Below, one piece after another: positions 23,895 through 36,885 of a DNA stretch of 64,000 nucleotides (the stretch's first letter is position 1; each line of letters starts with the position of its first letter). The notes under the pieces are model-generated. The model was not told where the DNA came from. It did not search any database and was given only the letters and a program-made list of their open reading frames with translations. The translations under genes and the position numbers were made by a program. Source of the DNA: Tubulanus polymorphus (lineage: Eukaryota; Animalia; Nemertea); assembly GCF_964204645.1 (NCBI RefSeq), contig NC_134030.1, positions 3,638,778-3,702,777 on the forward strand. Direction: 5' to 3'.

Positions 23895-26794
23895 GCCGAG
23901 AAATATAGTCACAATCTGCAGTCGTAGCAGAACAGAACGTGCAACGAGGTAGGATTGAGGAGGCACAACGTTCGTTCGTTGTGTTAAAAACTTTTGACAA
24001 AAAAAAAACATTAAAAGTAAAATACCAGTAATTAACAGTATTATTGTTTGGTGCTGCGCATCTGAGTCTGATAAACACAAAAAAAAAACTGATTCGATGC
24101 GAATTTAAACGAGGGAATTTTACTGTGTTGAAAATAAATCGTAGCCAAATGGAATCAATGGTTTACTGAAAGCGCAGTGTGCGATCGCCGGGTTCGAAGA
24201 GTTTTGTCGATGATGTTTTTAAAAGTAAGAACGGTCTCAGTATTCGTCGTAAGTGACTCGTTATTCGTAATCTTCCGCCGGTGAATTCGAACTGCTGCGA
24301 TCGTAACTGAACGAGTCCGATTGCAACTCAATCTCCAATATTGCAGCGTGTATGTATGCTGTTACACCTGGACAAAACCAGCCTGAAAAGAGTTTCGCAC
24401 CAGTTATGATCGGAATATTCAACTAGGTACCGAAAGTAAGATCTGGATGGTTAAATGATTCGGTGTTCTTTATTCCGAAGATTCGCATTGCAGAACACCT
24501 GACCAGGTCTTTACTTTCAGTTGAAATCTAAACGAGGCTGCTAACGAACGACTGGTGCTGCGACCTATACGAGCAATAAGTGATGTCAGTTTCTAAATGC
24601 TTGGTTAAGGGACGCGCGCAAAATGTTTGCGCGATCTCGAACTATAACCTCGTATACTAATGAGCAGTGCGAGCAAGCAAGCAAACTCATCGTCGTCGTC
24701 TACGGGTTTTAGAAATATTCCCAGCTCAAAATGGATTTATAAAAAGCGAAGCGTGCGCTCGGATGATGAGTAAGTGAATCACTGCTACTGTAAACTGCCC
24801 CCTCACTGACTGACATCACTCGTATCACTGCCACCGTACTCTATTTATCTACTACGACGAAAACATGCGAATATAGATAGATATTTATAGATGGGTGCGT
24901 CCGAATGGTCGAAACGGATCGTTCTCCGCGCCCGGGGCAGATGACGACTATAGATTTCTCAAATCCATATCGCGCTATTTTGTACATGTACAGAATTATT
25001 TGTTGAATAGAATCGCGTTGATTCGCGCGCGATTCGCGTCGTCGTCGATTCGTTTAAACTCCCGTCTCTCGAGAAAAACGAGTTTTACGTCCGTCGTTGA
25101 AACGAGTCATTCCAACAGTTAACGAAATATCGATGATACCATGACATTACCGATGAATAATTCAATCGTCTTGCCGTCTACAGCTAATCCGTGAAAGCGG
25201 CGAGGATTTCGTCGTCCTCGTAATTTCGATCGGACGTTTGATCGCGGAGTTTAACGGGAGCGATCGACGACGACTCGACTCGTGATTCGAACTGCGAGAG
25301 AAACGTGTGAGAAAATAATTTATTTACCGAGAAACATGTTCGTTGTGTATGGGGTGTTTTTCTACAGATGAATGCATTTCGTATATTTGTAAAATTAAAA
25401 ATGCAGCAGCAGCAGCAGCAGCAGTCGAGATATCTGAGAATCTAATGCTTGCTCGAACGATACAAAGAACCATACGCCATCGAACGTTTAGAGTCTAGAG
25501 TTCTCAAGACTCGGTTGTTGTTGAAAGTTGATGACGAGAATCTCTTTTTGAAAGCCTCATGAGATTAAAGTGTTATGATGTAGTTAACGAATAAAGAATT
25601 CGGGGCATTTGAGTCTTTATAAACCGGTGATTGCGGTAGTGTTGATACGAAGAGGTTTCGTCGTTAAATGCCTTCAGCGCTGCATATCTTCCTCTCCCCA
25701 GACCGGACTGTGTCGAACTGGGTATACCTCCAGTGGGTTGATGTAGATGCTTAGACTGTAAAATTCTGAAGGTCTTATTGAAAAGGCGTATGTTACTCTT
25801 AAAGAGGTTCTTTGATCGTTCAAGTAACTGATGATTGTAAGGATCTCGTATCGGCGTTGGGCTCTGGCTGCATGCGGGGATTGGGGCTGGGTTTTTAGAA
25901 CGCTAGGTACTGTGTGCACAATGCAAGCATTAATACAATGATGCAATAGCTACGGTTTACTCTGTTTATGTCTATAGCTGTTACAAAAAAGATGCATAGA
26001 TATTGAAGATGGATTAATTAAACTTCATGGCCTGATAGGTCTAGAGTTGTAGCTAAACTACTTACAAAACCATGTATTGAATAAGTAATGAATTAAAGCT
26101 GATTGCGCACACATGTTCTCTAGGTATTTCTCATCATTGCGAACTATGAAAATGGGAGGGAGGGAGGGTGGAGGGCATTGTTGGGTAGAATTTGTATTTA
26201 TTTGTACATAATTTTGTCCCGCTAACAAACTGAACACATACACGTCGACCCAGACTGGTGTGTTAGTGTATATACTATGGAAGGACCACCAAAATGTGTT
26301 TGATTGGAAATATTTTTTAAACACAAGCTCTAAGTCGAGTCTAAAAGTTTTTTGTACTACACTACTCAAATTCGTGGCTGAGTAAATATGACGGCTGCTT
26401 AGAAAATATACTTAATGAAAGCAAGCGATGTCGTGAAACGGTCTTCTACCGCGAGCGTGAAAATTGTTGAAGCCATGCTTGATAATGAACATGCGACTAA
26501 TGAACAAGCTCTAAACGGTTTCAGCGTTTTGAATCGCTACTGAAAAATGTCCATAGATACATGAGCTACGTCGTGCTGAACGGTAGACGATGTCTGACTA
26601 GAAATAAAAGCGGTCATCTTTACTACAGCTTACGAATGATCAATTAGAGATTTCTCAATCTATAGAAGAAAAGGTACAAGTAGATTCTCAACGAAGTCGA
26701 GAACAAAATCCTGCATAAACGGGATGAAAAATGATAGCGTGGATTCTTGAGTGTCTAAAGAATTGATGTACTCATGATGAGAATCTCAAAATGA

Positions 26795-26933
26795 CGGGGG
26801 CCAGTCGCTCGATAGTTGGTTAGATAGTTGACAGTGGACAGTTAACACGCGGTAAAAATTAAAAGTCCATTGTTACCGGCAGTAAAAAATTCGGTCATTT
26901 TCCTTAACAAACTTTTGAGCAACCTGACCCCTG
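26795..26933. mobile_element. MITE, same family as 12676-12807
   Basis: Ends gggggccagtcgctc / gagcaacctgacccctg. Confidence 0.55.
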
Positions 26934-29900
26934 TGGAATATAAAAGTGTCTCCAGTACGAGCCCAAAACCGGTGTAAAATATCTTACAGAAATAATACCT
27001 CATTGTCTCCGTACAGAGATCAATAACTACAAACCTGCTTAATATATATATAAAAATTGATGATAACTTATACATAGGATTGTAAATATACGTCTTTGAG
27101 TCAGCGGGAATTGATCGCGCAGCGGGGTTTAATGCATTTTTACCGAAATTTCACTATGTTCGCAATGATGAGAAGCGAATAGCATATTTCACTATGATGT
27201 AATATACATGTCGTCGTGAATAGTATCTGTACTGAATTCACCTGAATTGAGTCGAATCATATTAATCCGGTTGATGAGAAATCCTGATCAAATATGATAC
27301 GTATATTTTTGATTAAATAAATCGTAAATGATAATAACACTGGATTAAACTGATGTGAATTAAGAGAGTTTGACAGTACAGTTCTATACAGCAAGCATGA
27401 CCTGTGTATTACATCGTTACAGTGTCTCTCGTGCTGCCATCTATTGGTATTCACAGTGATACTCGTGTCGTTTAAAGAGTGAAGAGATTTCCTGGTGATA
27501 TCCGTCGTTGTCGTCGTCGAGATTGTTAATATATCCTCGTACGATATTACGGATATTACTCTGGACTTATCGTTTCATTTTGTTACCGTTGAAACCGTGA
27601 TTATAACGTTTTTGCGGTAACGGTGTTTGCTAACTGACTCGTGCTTCCCTGCGGTCTGACTCGGTTAGTGGACATGGATATTATGTGGATGAATGTTGGG
27701 TAACTGTCTCGGTGAAGCTACAAAACATTTCGCTAGATACATGGATAGGATAATTAATTAAAATTAAGAGAGAGTAACGAGCTTCGCCGATTCAGGTGGT
27801 CGACATTTTATTCGACGCAAAATTTATCGAAATCCTTCCATTCTCTCTCTGATCGTGTGATCTTAACGAATTATTGGAATGGAATGGTTTCGATGTTTCA
27901 GCAGGGAGAGTAGAATCATATTTCGCTATCAATCGTGAAAACTACGTCGTCTTGTGGAGCGTACGTAATAAGAGGGGTAAGTGTCTCGTCGAAAAAAAAT
28001 TAAAACGCTAACAAAATAAAAATGTGCGAGACAGCTGGAAACTTGACGTATGATTTGTTTAATTCACTCCAAATCTGGTATTAAAGTAAAATGAATGTAC
28101 ATTGGTTTCATAGGAAACTGACGAAAATTGGTCAGATGTGGTTTTCGGGTGAAAGTTTCTGTCGGCTTTATGGGCACGTTTTCGTGGTTGATAGCGTTGT
28201 GATTTAAAAACATCTTAGTTAAAAAAAAAAGCGAAAATAAAGATTCACCCGAGCGTCATATTGCTTAAAACAGATATAAAGAGTGTATATCTCAATGGAA
28301 CGATAATACCATTAGCTTTGATAATGTAAGCAATATTTTAAGATGTGTTCTAGGAAATAACTTGAACAACAATGAGAAAAAGAAGATTTTAAAGCGTTCG
28401 AAAAGATAATGCACAATATTTGGCTAACTGCTGCGCATAGATTAAATCATCATTTTGAATTTATGTCGGATTTAGAACTTTGATAAATTGATAAGATACG
28501 AAAGAAAGAAAAACTACTTGAAGTTAAATTTTGATTCACTCTGCAGTCAAACCATTCACTGATCACATGGCAAATTACGAATAAGTTAAACTTGGTATCA
28601 TTTGACTATTTATAGTTATGATGATGCCAATTCCTGCAATTGAACAATCTTTCTCCAAGAGATATTGATTTGTTATTGAATGGAGAACTTGCGTTTCTAT
28701 CGATGACATACTGCTGATAGTTGAGACTATAGTAGATCGGTTTGATTCATAATTCGTTTTGCACCGGAAATTTGTGATCATTTGCGGACTTACCTTCCAC
28801 TGTACAAACCAATATTATTATCGACTCTTGAAAAATGAAGACAGAAGTAATCAAAGTCACATGAGTCGGAGCTTATCAGACAGTTCTCAACATTGTTATA
28901 TACTAAAGAAGTTTACTGAAATTTTAGTTATGGAAGCAAGTGGAATGTATTACTTAGAATGTTTTAGGCACAAACAGCGTTGAACAAAGCGAACCAATTT
29001 TTAATGAACGTAATGAACAAGCCCTGTCAAAATTTATCCACCGACGTATTTTAGGAATCGAATAAGGGCTAAAACTGTGTAAATGAGTGCGTATATGTGC
29101 GAGTATGTCGTGTATTAAGGGACCATTATAGAAATGTTCATTCATATCATTCAATTTCTAATGTAAGACTACTGAATCAGAAGGGAACATATTCTTCATG
29201 GTGTAAAAGAGTACCTCTCGAGATCTTAGTTTAGAAGTTGACAGATAAGAAAACATCACTACATCATTGTAAACCACTACTACGGACCTATTCACCCAAA
29301 TATTGATAATTCTATGCCAGGATTTGAATGAACACATTTTGCCGTTTCTAGCCATTTTGGTATAAATACATACCTGGTATACGGGCTTGTCACTGATAGT
29401 TGCTGAAAAACCAATTAAATGTAAACATACGGCTGTATATCATGTCCGGTCAAGTGTTTGAAAACCTTAGTGACATGCCCACTGCAAAATTACTGCGATG
29501 AGTGTGGTTATGGTCATCATCGAGTGAGTGAGACTGAGATTTATTTAAAAAAAGCAGAAACGATTAAGAAAAAGAAATATTCTCAAATGAAGCGAAAAGT
29601 CACGAATCGAAGTTGGGTTTTTGAATCTTCCAATTGTAACTTTAAGATTGTGTCATGAAATGTTTAGAACGCAACCCGACTTACTTTAATTGTTAACACC
29701 TAAATGTATTGAAAAGTGAAACTGTTTCAAAAATATCTCAAATAAATGAAATATTCTGCGTAAGAGAATAAGTTTTGTTGAATTTGCTCTCGTATTGCTG
29801 TGTGGAACTTAGTCTATATATTTTCTGATCGATTATGGATAAAGGACTCTGGCGTCCATTGTGCTTATGCCTTACTATCTATTGGACACTGTCACCCCTG

Positions 29901-29984
29901 CTGGATATAGACCACCAAAGTGTGTTTGCAAATTAGGAGACGCCATCCAGACCAACCAAGTGGTGTCCCACGCATCTAGGAGAT

Positions 29985-30265
29985 AACGTCCAGACTGAGC
30001 AAGGTGTTGCACAAAGAGACACTGCCAGACTGAGGTGGTGTCCTTCGTGTAAGGAGTCGCCGCCCATGCTGGGAATTCTGGTCTCCAATGCATTAGAATA
30101 TACCGTCCAGACTGAGCAAGCGGTGTCCTACCAATGAGACGCTCTAAACTGAGCTAATGTCCATGTCCTATGCTTAAGAAGACACTGTCCGGACTATGAA
30201 AAGTGGGTCTCACACATAGGGAGACTGTCTGACTGAGAAAGAGTCCTACACTGTCCAGACTGCTA
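29985..30265. repeat. Degenerate minisatellite with a gtccagactgagc core
   Basis: About seven imperfect copies of (c)tgtccagactgag at irregular spacing, mostly ~35-45 bp. Confidence 0.6.
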
Positions 30266-30350
30266 AATCATCTATACTGCAGCTTATGGTCTCCAGCCCG
30301 CACCCAAAACTAAGAAAGTGGTCTATTGATATGGAGTATCGGTAGGAGAC

Positions 30351-30432
30351 TAGTCTGAATACCAGTCGTTGTTACGGTTCCCTACAACCGTTGTTACGGT
30401 TGTTTGAGGAACAACGGCTAGGTACTAGACTA
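30351..30432. mobile_element. 82-bp minimal TIR element with 9-bp TSD (AcademH-like)
   Basis: TIRs tagtctgaataccagtcgttgtt / aacaacggctaggtactagacta; exact flanking duplication GTAGGAGAC (30342-30350, 30433-30441). Confidence 0.8.
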
Positions 30433-31378
30433 GTAGGAGACCTGAGCAACCAATATGACCAGCAATAAGCCTAACGTTTGCATTAATTAGGTGATGGATA
30501 GATCAAACTATGAGAACACAGATCGCCATCTATGAGAATTTTCACGAACTGACAGCGTTAGAGTGCTTTACCAAAAAGTGTCTGTCACCAAAGGTTTAAC
30601 TACCGGTGCAATATAGTTTACCAGGAGCCGGATAGTTCAGGGAAAATTTAATAGATGGCGTACATGCTAAAACGATTAATTAATGTGCAATAGCAACAAT
30701 CATCAATATACTGGATTCGAACGCATCCTTCATTCACTAGAGTCAGACGTTAGATTCTTCCATGAAACTTCCATTTAAAACAGAAGACAAGAATTCAAAA
30801 GGTATATGCTTTGAAATCTACTTAATTTATTACGTCAAAAAAATTACATAACACATTTTTTACACAGTTATTTTTCATTTTGAATATCGTCATAAAACTT
30901 TTTAATGGAATAAATCACTTCACAATGTTAACGCACAGCTTACAGTGGTAGAATTAACTTAACTTAGATAAATATACATCGTAAATATAAATGATCAATA
31001 AAAATATGATTATGAATGTTAAAATGATTTCTGGTTCAACATTTTGAACTGATGATGACAAAAATAATATAGATGGGTCATTAGCTTTAATATCGTATAT
31101 TATTACAATTAGAATCTGTGGTAAAAATATCAAAATAAATATTAAATCATATAGTACAAATATTTGTACAAACAAGCATCATTTTGATTCAACTTAAAGG
31201 AAGTAAAAAGATTTTTAAAATTTCATACTTCATACTTCAGCATACCTGATAAGAGTTATGGTAATTTAAATCCTTAAAAGAAGAGAGGGTTTACACGCTA
31301 AGGAGTTCACCCTAAAGGAATCAAATAAGATTAGAATTTCAATGAAGATTTAGAACGTACATTGAAACATCGTATAAA

Positions 31379-34300
31379 TCAATAATTCTTGAAATTGATT
31401 GAAAATCTGGATTTAAAATCCTTATCGGCATCATTAAACGGATACCAGTAGATATAGTTAACATTCCATAGATTATTGAATACGTTGAAACCGAACCCGG
31501 TGATATGGTCGGTCGCGGTCAGCGGCAATGGAAACGATGTGACCGGCCGAGTCTCGGTGATCGTATTCGCTAACCCTACATCGAGAGACACGATCTGCAA
31601 ACCGGTTCGCGTATTTTCGTTTAGATAAAATATTCCCTGATCATCAACAACTGAAATAAAACAAACAAATAATACAGAATACATGATATCTCTGAAACAG
31701 TTTTTGTGCACACGTACTGAAAGGGTTAAACGAAAACTCACAACTAAGGCCAAAAAAATTGATACCTTGTTTCTCCGCTCTGCTGAGCTTAAATGTTGAC
31801 CCGGCCGGCCGCCTATCTACCCTATACATTACTTTTTTTTAAATCGTGATCAATTTCACCATAACAGACCCGGCCGCTATAGAAATGAACTGTTTATAAA
31901 TCTTATCATATTTTACAAAAATGACCCGGCCGCTGCGGAGAAACAAGGTATCATTTTTGTTTAGCCTAAAGACTAAGAATTCAAAAACTAAAAGTTTATT
32001 GACTGAGACCACATATCCTAACAGACAGTCAGGTGTACGATCACATTTTCTCCTCAGTTAAAACATTGATTCTTACCGTGTTGTCTTTGACTGCCATTCG
32101 TGACTACATTCATTGGATCGATGACTTGTCCGATTTTCGATAGCATCCATTTATACGGTTGTTCAGTTTGCTGGACGGGTTGGAAATTGATCATAATTGA
32201 TTCGGGCATACGCGTGGTGACTTTTCCAAACATCTGAAACTCTGCATCGACCCCTGAATAATAGAAACAACATTATTCAATCCCTGATCATATCAACAGC
32301 GTAGTTTTATAGACGTTTTCTTTATTTGTAGCTACCTGAATTTCTGACGGTGTAATGAATCCAAATATCACTCGGTGCACCATACTTGATCTGAGTGATC
32401 GGATCATAGATTTTAATTTGCGTGTAGAAGTCACAGGAACCATCTATAAAGTAAAATTTGGACGGGATTTATATTCATCACATTATTGAATGACGATCAG
32501 TTAACTGCAAACCCACAATCATAAGAAGTACACAGATGCGTGTTATTGCTTCTTCTTAAAACGGCAGGTTTCGATTCAACATATTCCGATTTAGGACAGT
32601 TCTAAAGTTGTGAGTTAGAGTTAACTCTGAACTCAGGATTCAGTTCTACAGTTGTGAGTTAGAGTCAACTCTGAACTCAGGATCCAGTTCTACAGTTGTG
32701 TGTTACAGTTAGAGTTGAAATTTATTCTATTCTTTTCTATTATTCAGCGATTCGAGATTACACGCACGCTCTACCAACCACTTCTATCGGGTTTATAGAT
32801 TATTCTATTGCAGAATAGGTAGACAGTATTCTTGTTGAAAGACCGCACTAGAGAATATTCTTGAATTGGTAGACCTATCGAAACCTGCCTAAGTCTAACA
32901 CAATCTTAAACTGAAACTGTTTAGAAATTAACCAACCGTTTTTCTGTAATAAGTTTACGAGTACAGACCGCCATGATTGGCTACTCGGATGTGCATTCGC
33001 TGTAATATTTGGTTTCTCGACTCCCAGACTGAACCATCGCGCATACGTATACTGCTGATTCATCTCATCAAAATCACTTTGATTATAAGTAATGTATACA
33101 AACTGCATCAATGGATTCTTCGACGATGCCCAATTTATCTGTAGAGAAAATACCAGTGAACTGATGAAATATAGGGACATTCTATAATGATATTCTTATC
33201 ATATTATAGTTCGTTGCTTACTTTTGTCCGCGGGTCAAAAAGTCGATCAATGCCACCTTCTAAATTGAAACCAACTTGCACATCATTGGCACACTTATAT
33301 TGCAAGTACTCAGCTCGACTATAATCTGAAATTCATGTCATGACTTCATTTGTCATTTTTTGGAATAAGGCGATAAAATGGGGATGCTTTTTGGACTCCT
33401 CTTACCAGAAAGGTCGGGTAATGAAGGCCGTAGTTTCAAGTATTCATCTCGCACCATTGAAGCTAATGCTTGATTTCCTAACGCTTCTAATGCTATATCA
33501 TTAAATAATCTTTGAGTTCTCCACGCTTTTTCATGGATCGGAAACTGAGCCGCTAGAAACAAATATACAGAGGGACCTTAAATCATTGCATACATACTGG
33601 AGCACATCAAGCAGTTCTCATAGCTTAACAATAAATTAAAACCAGTTTTTAAACAGGTTTTTTCTATTTACGATCAAAATTCTGCAATATTTCTCTAATT
33701 TTCCCAAACCTTTGACCAAAAATTACCTGATTAAATCATAAGATCTTCATAGGGCTTCTCGAGAGGTTCCTTGTGCCACCCATTACGGTAACAACAAGGC
33801 AAAGAAAATTGTAATTTCCTGACTTAAAACGATTTTAAAGAAAAGAGTCCAAATTCCCTAATTTACCCTACAGGGAAAAATAAATTCAGAATTCCCTTAT
33901 TTGTAAGAACCCTTTTTGAAAATTAAATCAATTTTTTAAACTTGGGGTCTAAACCTCGATACATGACATTCATCAGGAAAACTTACTGTTACGAACTGAT
34001 TTGAACTGTTTATTGGACCAGTTGATTGTATCATGAACACTACTCAAACCCCATGTGTGTTCACCCAATTTGATCAGAAATCGACTGCTATTATAAAGCA
34101 TGTGACTGTTTAAATCGCAATATCCTACAAGTAAAAAGACAATGCAGAAGTTCCAAAAGTCAAGTCATTCTTCAAAAGTCTATTGATAAGAGTTAATGAT
34201 CTACCTGACTCAACACAGTGAGTCCTGGTTCGCATGAAAGCTCGAAATTTTGCCATTTTCAGAGGATCTGATTGGATTCCTTGTATCCAAGTATCACCGA

Positions 34301-35912
34301 TTTCTTTGTCGACTACTGGTAGTTCATGACGATAATTCCAGATGGCGGCGATGTAGTCATCAATGGCGCTGGAATGCAGTCGTGCATTTGGAAACTCGGC
34401 ACGTAGTACTTCATAATTGAATAGAATTTCCTGAATGAAGAGGTCGACATTTTTACAGTTTTAGATATGAAATGTTGATCCTATGAATTTCAATGATTTC
34501 AATGTTGTACCTGAATGTTACTCGGTGGTCCTTGATTGTCTGAACGGAATGCAAAGCACAAAGCTTTTCCATGAACTATTACGCAATCCTCAACTGAAAT
34601 ACCCCCAGGTCGATAGGGAGCTTGACCAGGATTGTCGGGGTACCCATCTGAAATACGATTAAGATAACTTTATCAGATTTCTGTTAAATTTTTCAATTAT
34701 TTTTCAGATAATCTTGAGTTCTTAGGTAGCGGTAAATCCTTATATCTGCACCTACTTGGATGCCATAAAGCGATGACGCTTTTAGGAGTGCCTTCTGTCG
34801 AGTAAGTCCAATTGAATATTTTCGGAACACCAGGGGGCGCTGACGCCGCATTCACACCAACTGTTACAGCAACAATGTTTGACCTGACCAATAACGGGAT
34901 CACAGCTTGAGTCATTCCTGAAACATGAAATTTAGAAATACATTTCAATCTGATTAGTTAGATAAATCTATGTTATATATATATTGTTGTGGTAAGATAA
35001 TGAAAGCCACGATCGGCCTTAATGGGTCACCGTGATGATCAAGATACACTGACCTGGTACATCTCTTTGACTGAGCGCGCGGAGTTTGCGTTTCATCCCG
35101 AACAGATCATCGAGTCTTTGACTGATGTTCAACGCGAACATCCACGTTTGCTCGTCAAACAGCTCGGGCTGCATATTCATTGGACCGGCGTGCCATGTTA
35201 TATCTCCTTGCTTTATCGCTTTCACGAAATTTGAAACATCCGCCGGTGACGGGCACTGAAAACAAACACATTCAAATAACAGTCGAATTGTGTTAATGTG
35301 GCTTGATGAGGGTTGCTTAATCTGAAAAGGCCACCAAGAGGAAAGTCGTAGAACAATAATGGCTAGATACTAGAATAAGAGTTGCTTTCTGTAATGAATC
35401 CAGGACCTTTTCGAATGTGCTCTTCTGGAAGATAGAATATTCCTCTCAGTAGAAGAGATTTCTGCGGTCGCAGAGACGGATTAGAAGAGAATCATGAAAG
35501 ACAGTTGATAATCTCCTCTTCCGGAAAGGCACAATCGAAAGAGGGCCCAGAATATTGACTCACTTTTAATGGCACCCCTGTTAGATTCAGGTTTCGAGGA
35601 CAATTCAAGTATAAGTCGATGAGCCAAGGATGCGTTGTGTAAACAAAGTTTTCGACGTAGCCCTCGTCTCGTAGCGTGCTGGCGAGTTTAACCGCTGCCG
35701 GGAAATACTTCGTGAAATATTCATCTAGAATATTGTCGACTAATGACGCAAAACCAACATCTGTAAGAAAAATGTCTTGTTAGATGCGATCTATTTGGGG
35801 GGAGGTCTATTGAATAGCGGACATGGGCAAGAAATTAACTTATACCTAAATGGTTCATGTAGACCACAAATACTTCATCGACATCAGTTTCAACTGATCG
35901 CGTGCAAACATC
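31379..35912 (-). CDS. DUF5054-type, glycoside hydrolase family 38-like protein (N-terminus uncertain; possible first exon 37147-37096)
   Basis: In-frame exons 35912-35846, 35760-35564, 35255-35054, 34917-34756, 34647-34511, 34430-34205, 34124-33987, 33552-33406, 33325-33222, 33138-32937, 32443-32336, 32253-32077, 31650-31379. Motifs MNHLDVGF, GDITWHAGP, QRDVPG, SDNQGPP, EIGDTWIQGIQSDP, EHTWG, TRMPES, FNNLWNVNY. The candidate exon 1 (MAAMFGTRNTFVLLLCK) ends in phase 1 while exon 35912 starts in phase 0, so a linking exon was not found. Confidence 0.85.
31748..31966. mobile_element. PIF/Harbinger-type MITE
   Basis: TIRs ggccaaaaaaattgataccttgtttctccgc / gcggagaaacaaggtatcatttttgtttagcc; TAA on both sides; internal gacccggccg repeats. 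Confidence 0.8.
32595..32715. repeat. Tandem ~44-bp repeat derived from a MITE end
   Basis: cagttctacagttgtgagttagagtYaactctgaactcaggat repeated ~2.6 times; related ends near 42538-42630, 47604-47745 and 52577-52712. Confidence 0.65.
35400..35550. mobile_element. MITE in an intron of the DUF5054 gene
   Basis: Inverted ends ccaggaccttttcgaatgtgctcttctggaaga / tcttccggaaaggcacaatcgaaagagggcccag. Confidence 0.6.
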
Positions 35913-36513
35913 CTATAAAAATAGAAATAAGCTTTTTAATCTAAAATTATTGTGCGATGAGATTTGGCTTGCCATTGGAAACTTGAAATTATCATGATAA
36001 AAACACATGACTACGTTCAAATAGGCAAATTCATTATTCAAAAATTGAAAAAGCTTAAAACGGTTTTTGGCACAACTCTCTTTCGTACACCTGTCGAATA
36101 AAATTTATTTCTGCATAGGAAATTTCAATGAAATTTACATTACAACATAATTTGAGAGAACGTCAGGTGGCTTGTGTTCTGTCATTTGCACATACCTGCT
36201 ATAGGCTAGATGAATGGAGACTTTTTGGCAATCCTTCAACACAATTTAAAGTGGGTTAAAAATCAATGTTTTGGTTCAGATGCTCCATTCAGAATGGGGT
36301 TGAAACGCAAAAAGTGACTCCATAATTTGAATAGTAAATGTTTCCCGTTTTCATGCCTACTACAAACCACAATCTGATTTGAAAAATGATTTCAGTTGGT
36401 AAGCATATTGCCAAATTTTATTTAATAAGATAATAGTGTCTCTTTTCTCCGAGACGACCCTATCAATGAAGACCCTTAGCCATTGCCATGATTATTGCAT
36501 CGGGTTAATTTTT

Positions 36514-36885
36514 TTACCTAATCGTTGGTAGTAAGCTTTTTATAATCGGATGGGCTTATACCAATGGTTTGTGAAAATATCCGATCGTGTAACTAAACTA
36601 CAGTCAGGTTACTGACTATATTGTGTGACCTAGTTAGTTACCTAATCGTTGGTGGTAAGCTTTTTATAATCGGATGGGCTTATACCAATGGTTTGTGAAA
36701 ATATCCGATCGTGTAACTAAACTACAGTCAGGTTACTGACTATATTGTGTGACCTAGTTAGTTACCTAATCGTTGGTGGTAAGCTTTTTATAATCGGATG
36801 AGCTTATACCAATGGTTTGTGAAAATATCCGATTGTGAAACTAAACCGCAGTCAGGTTACTGACTATACTGTGTGACCCAGCTAA
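36514..36885. repeat. Three tandem copies of a 124-bp unit
   Basis: Units start at 36514, 36638 and 36762 (ttacctaatcgttgg...); near-identical. Confidence 0.95.

Noticed and set aside
36514-36885. Tandemly duplicated coding exons of the DUF5054 gene
   Set aside because: Splice-like ends exist, but every frame tested has a stop.
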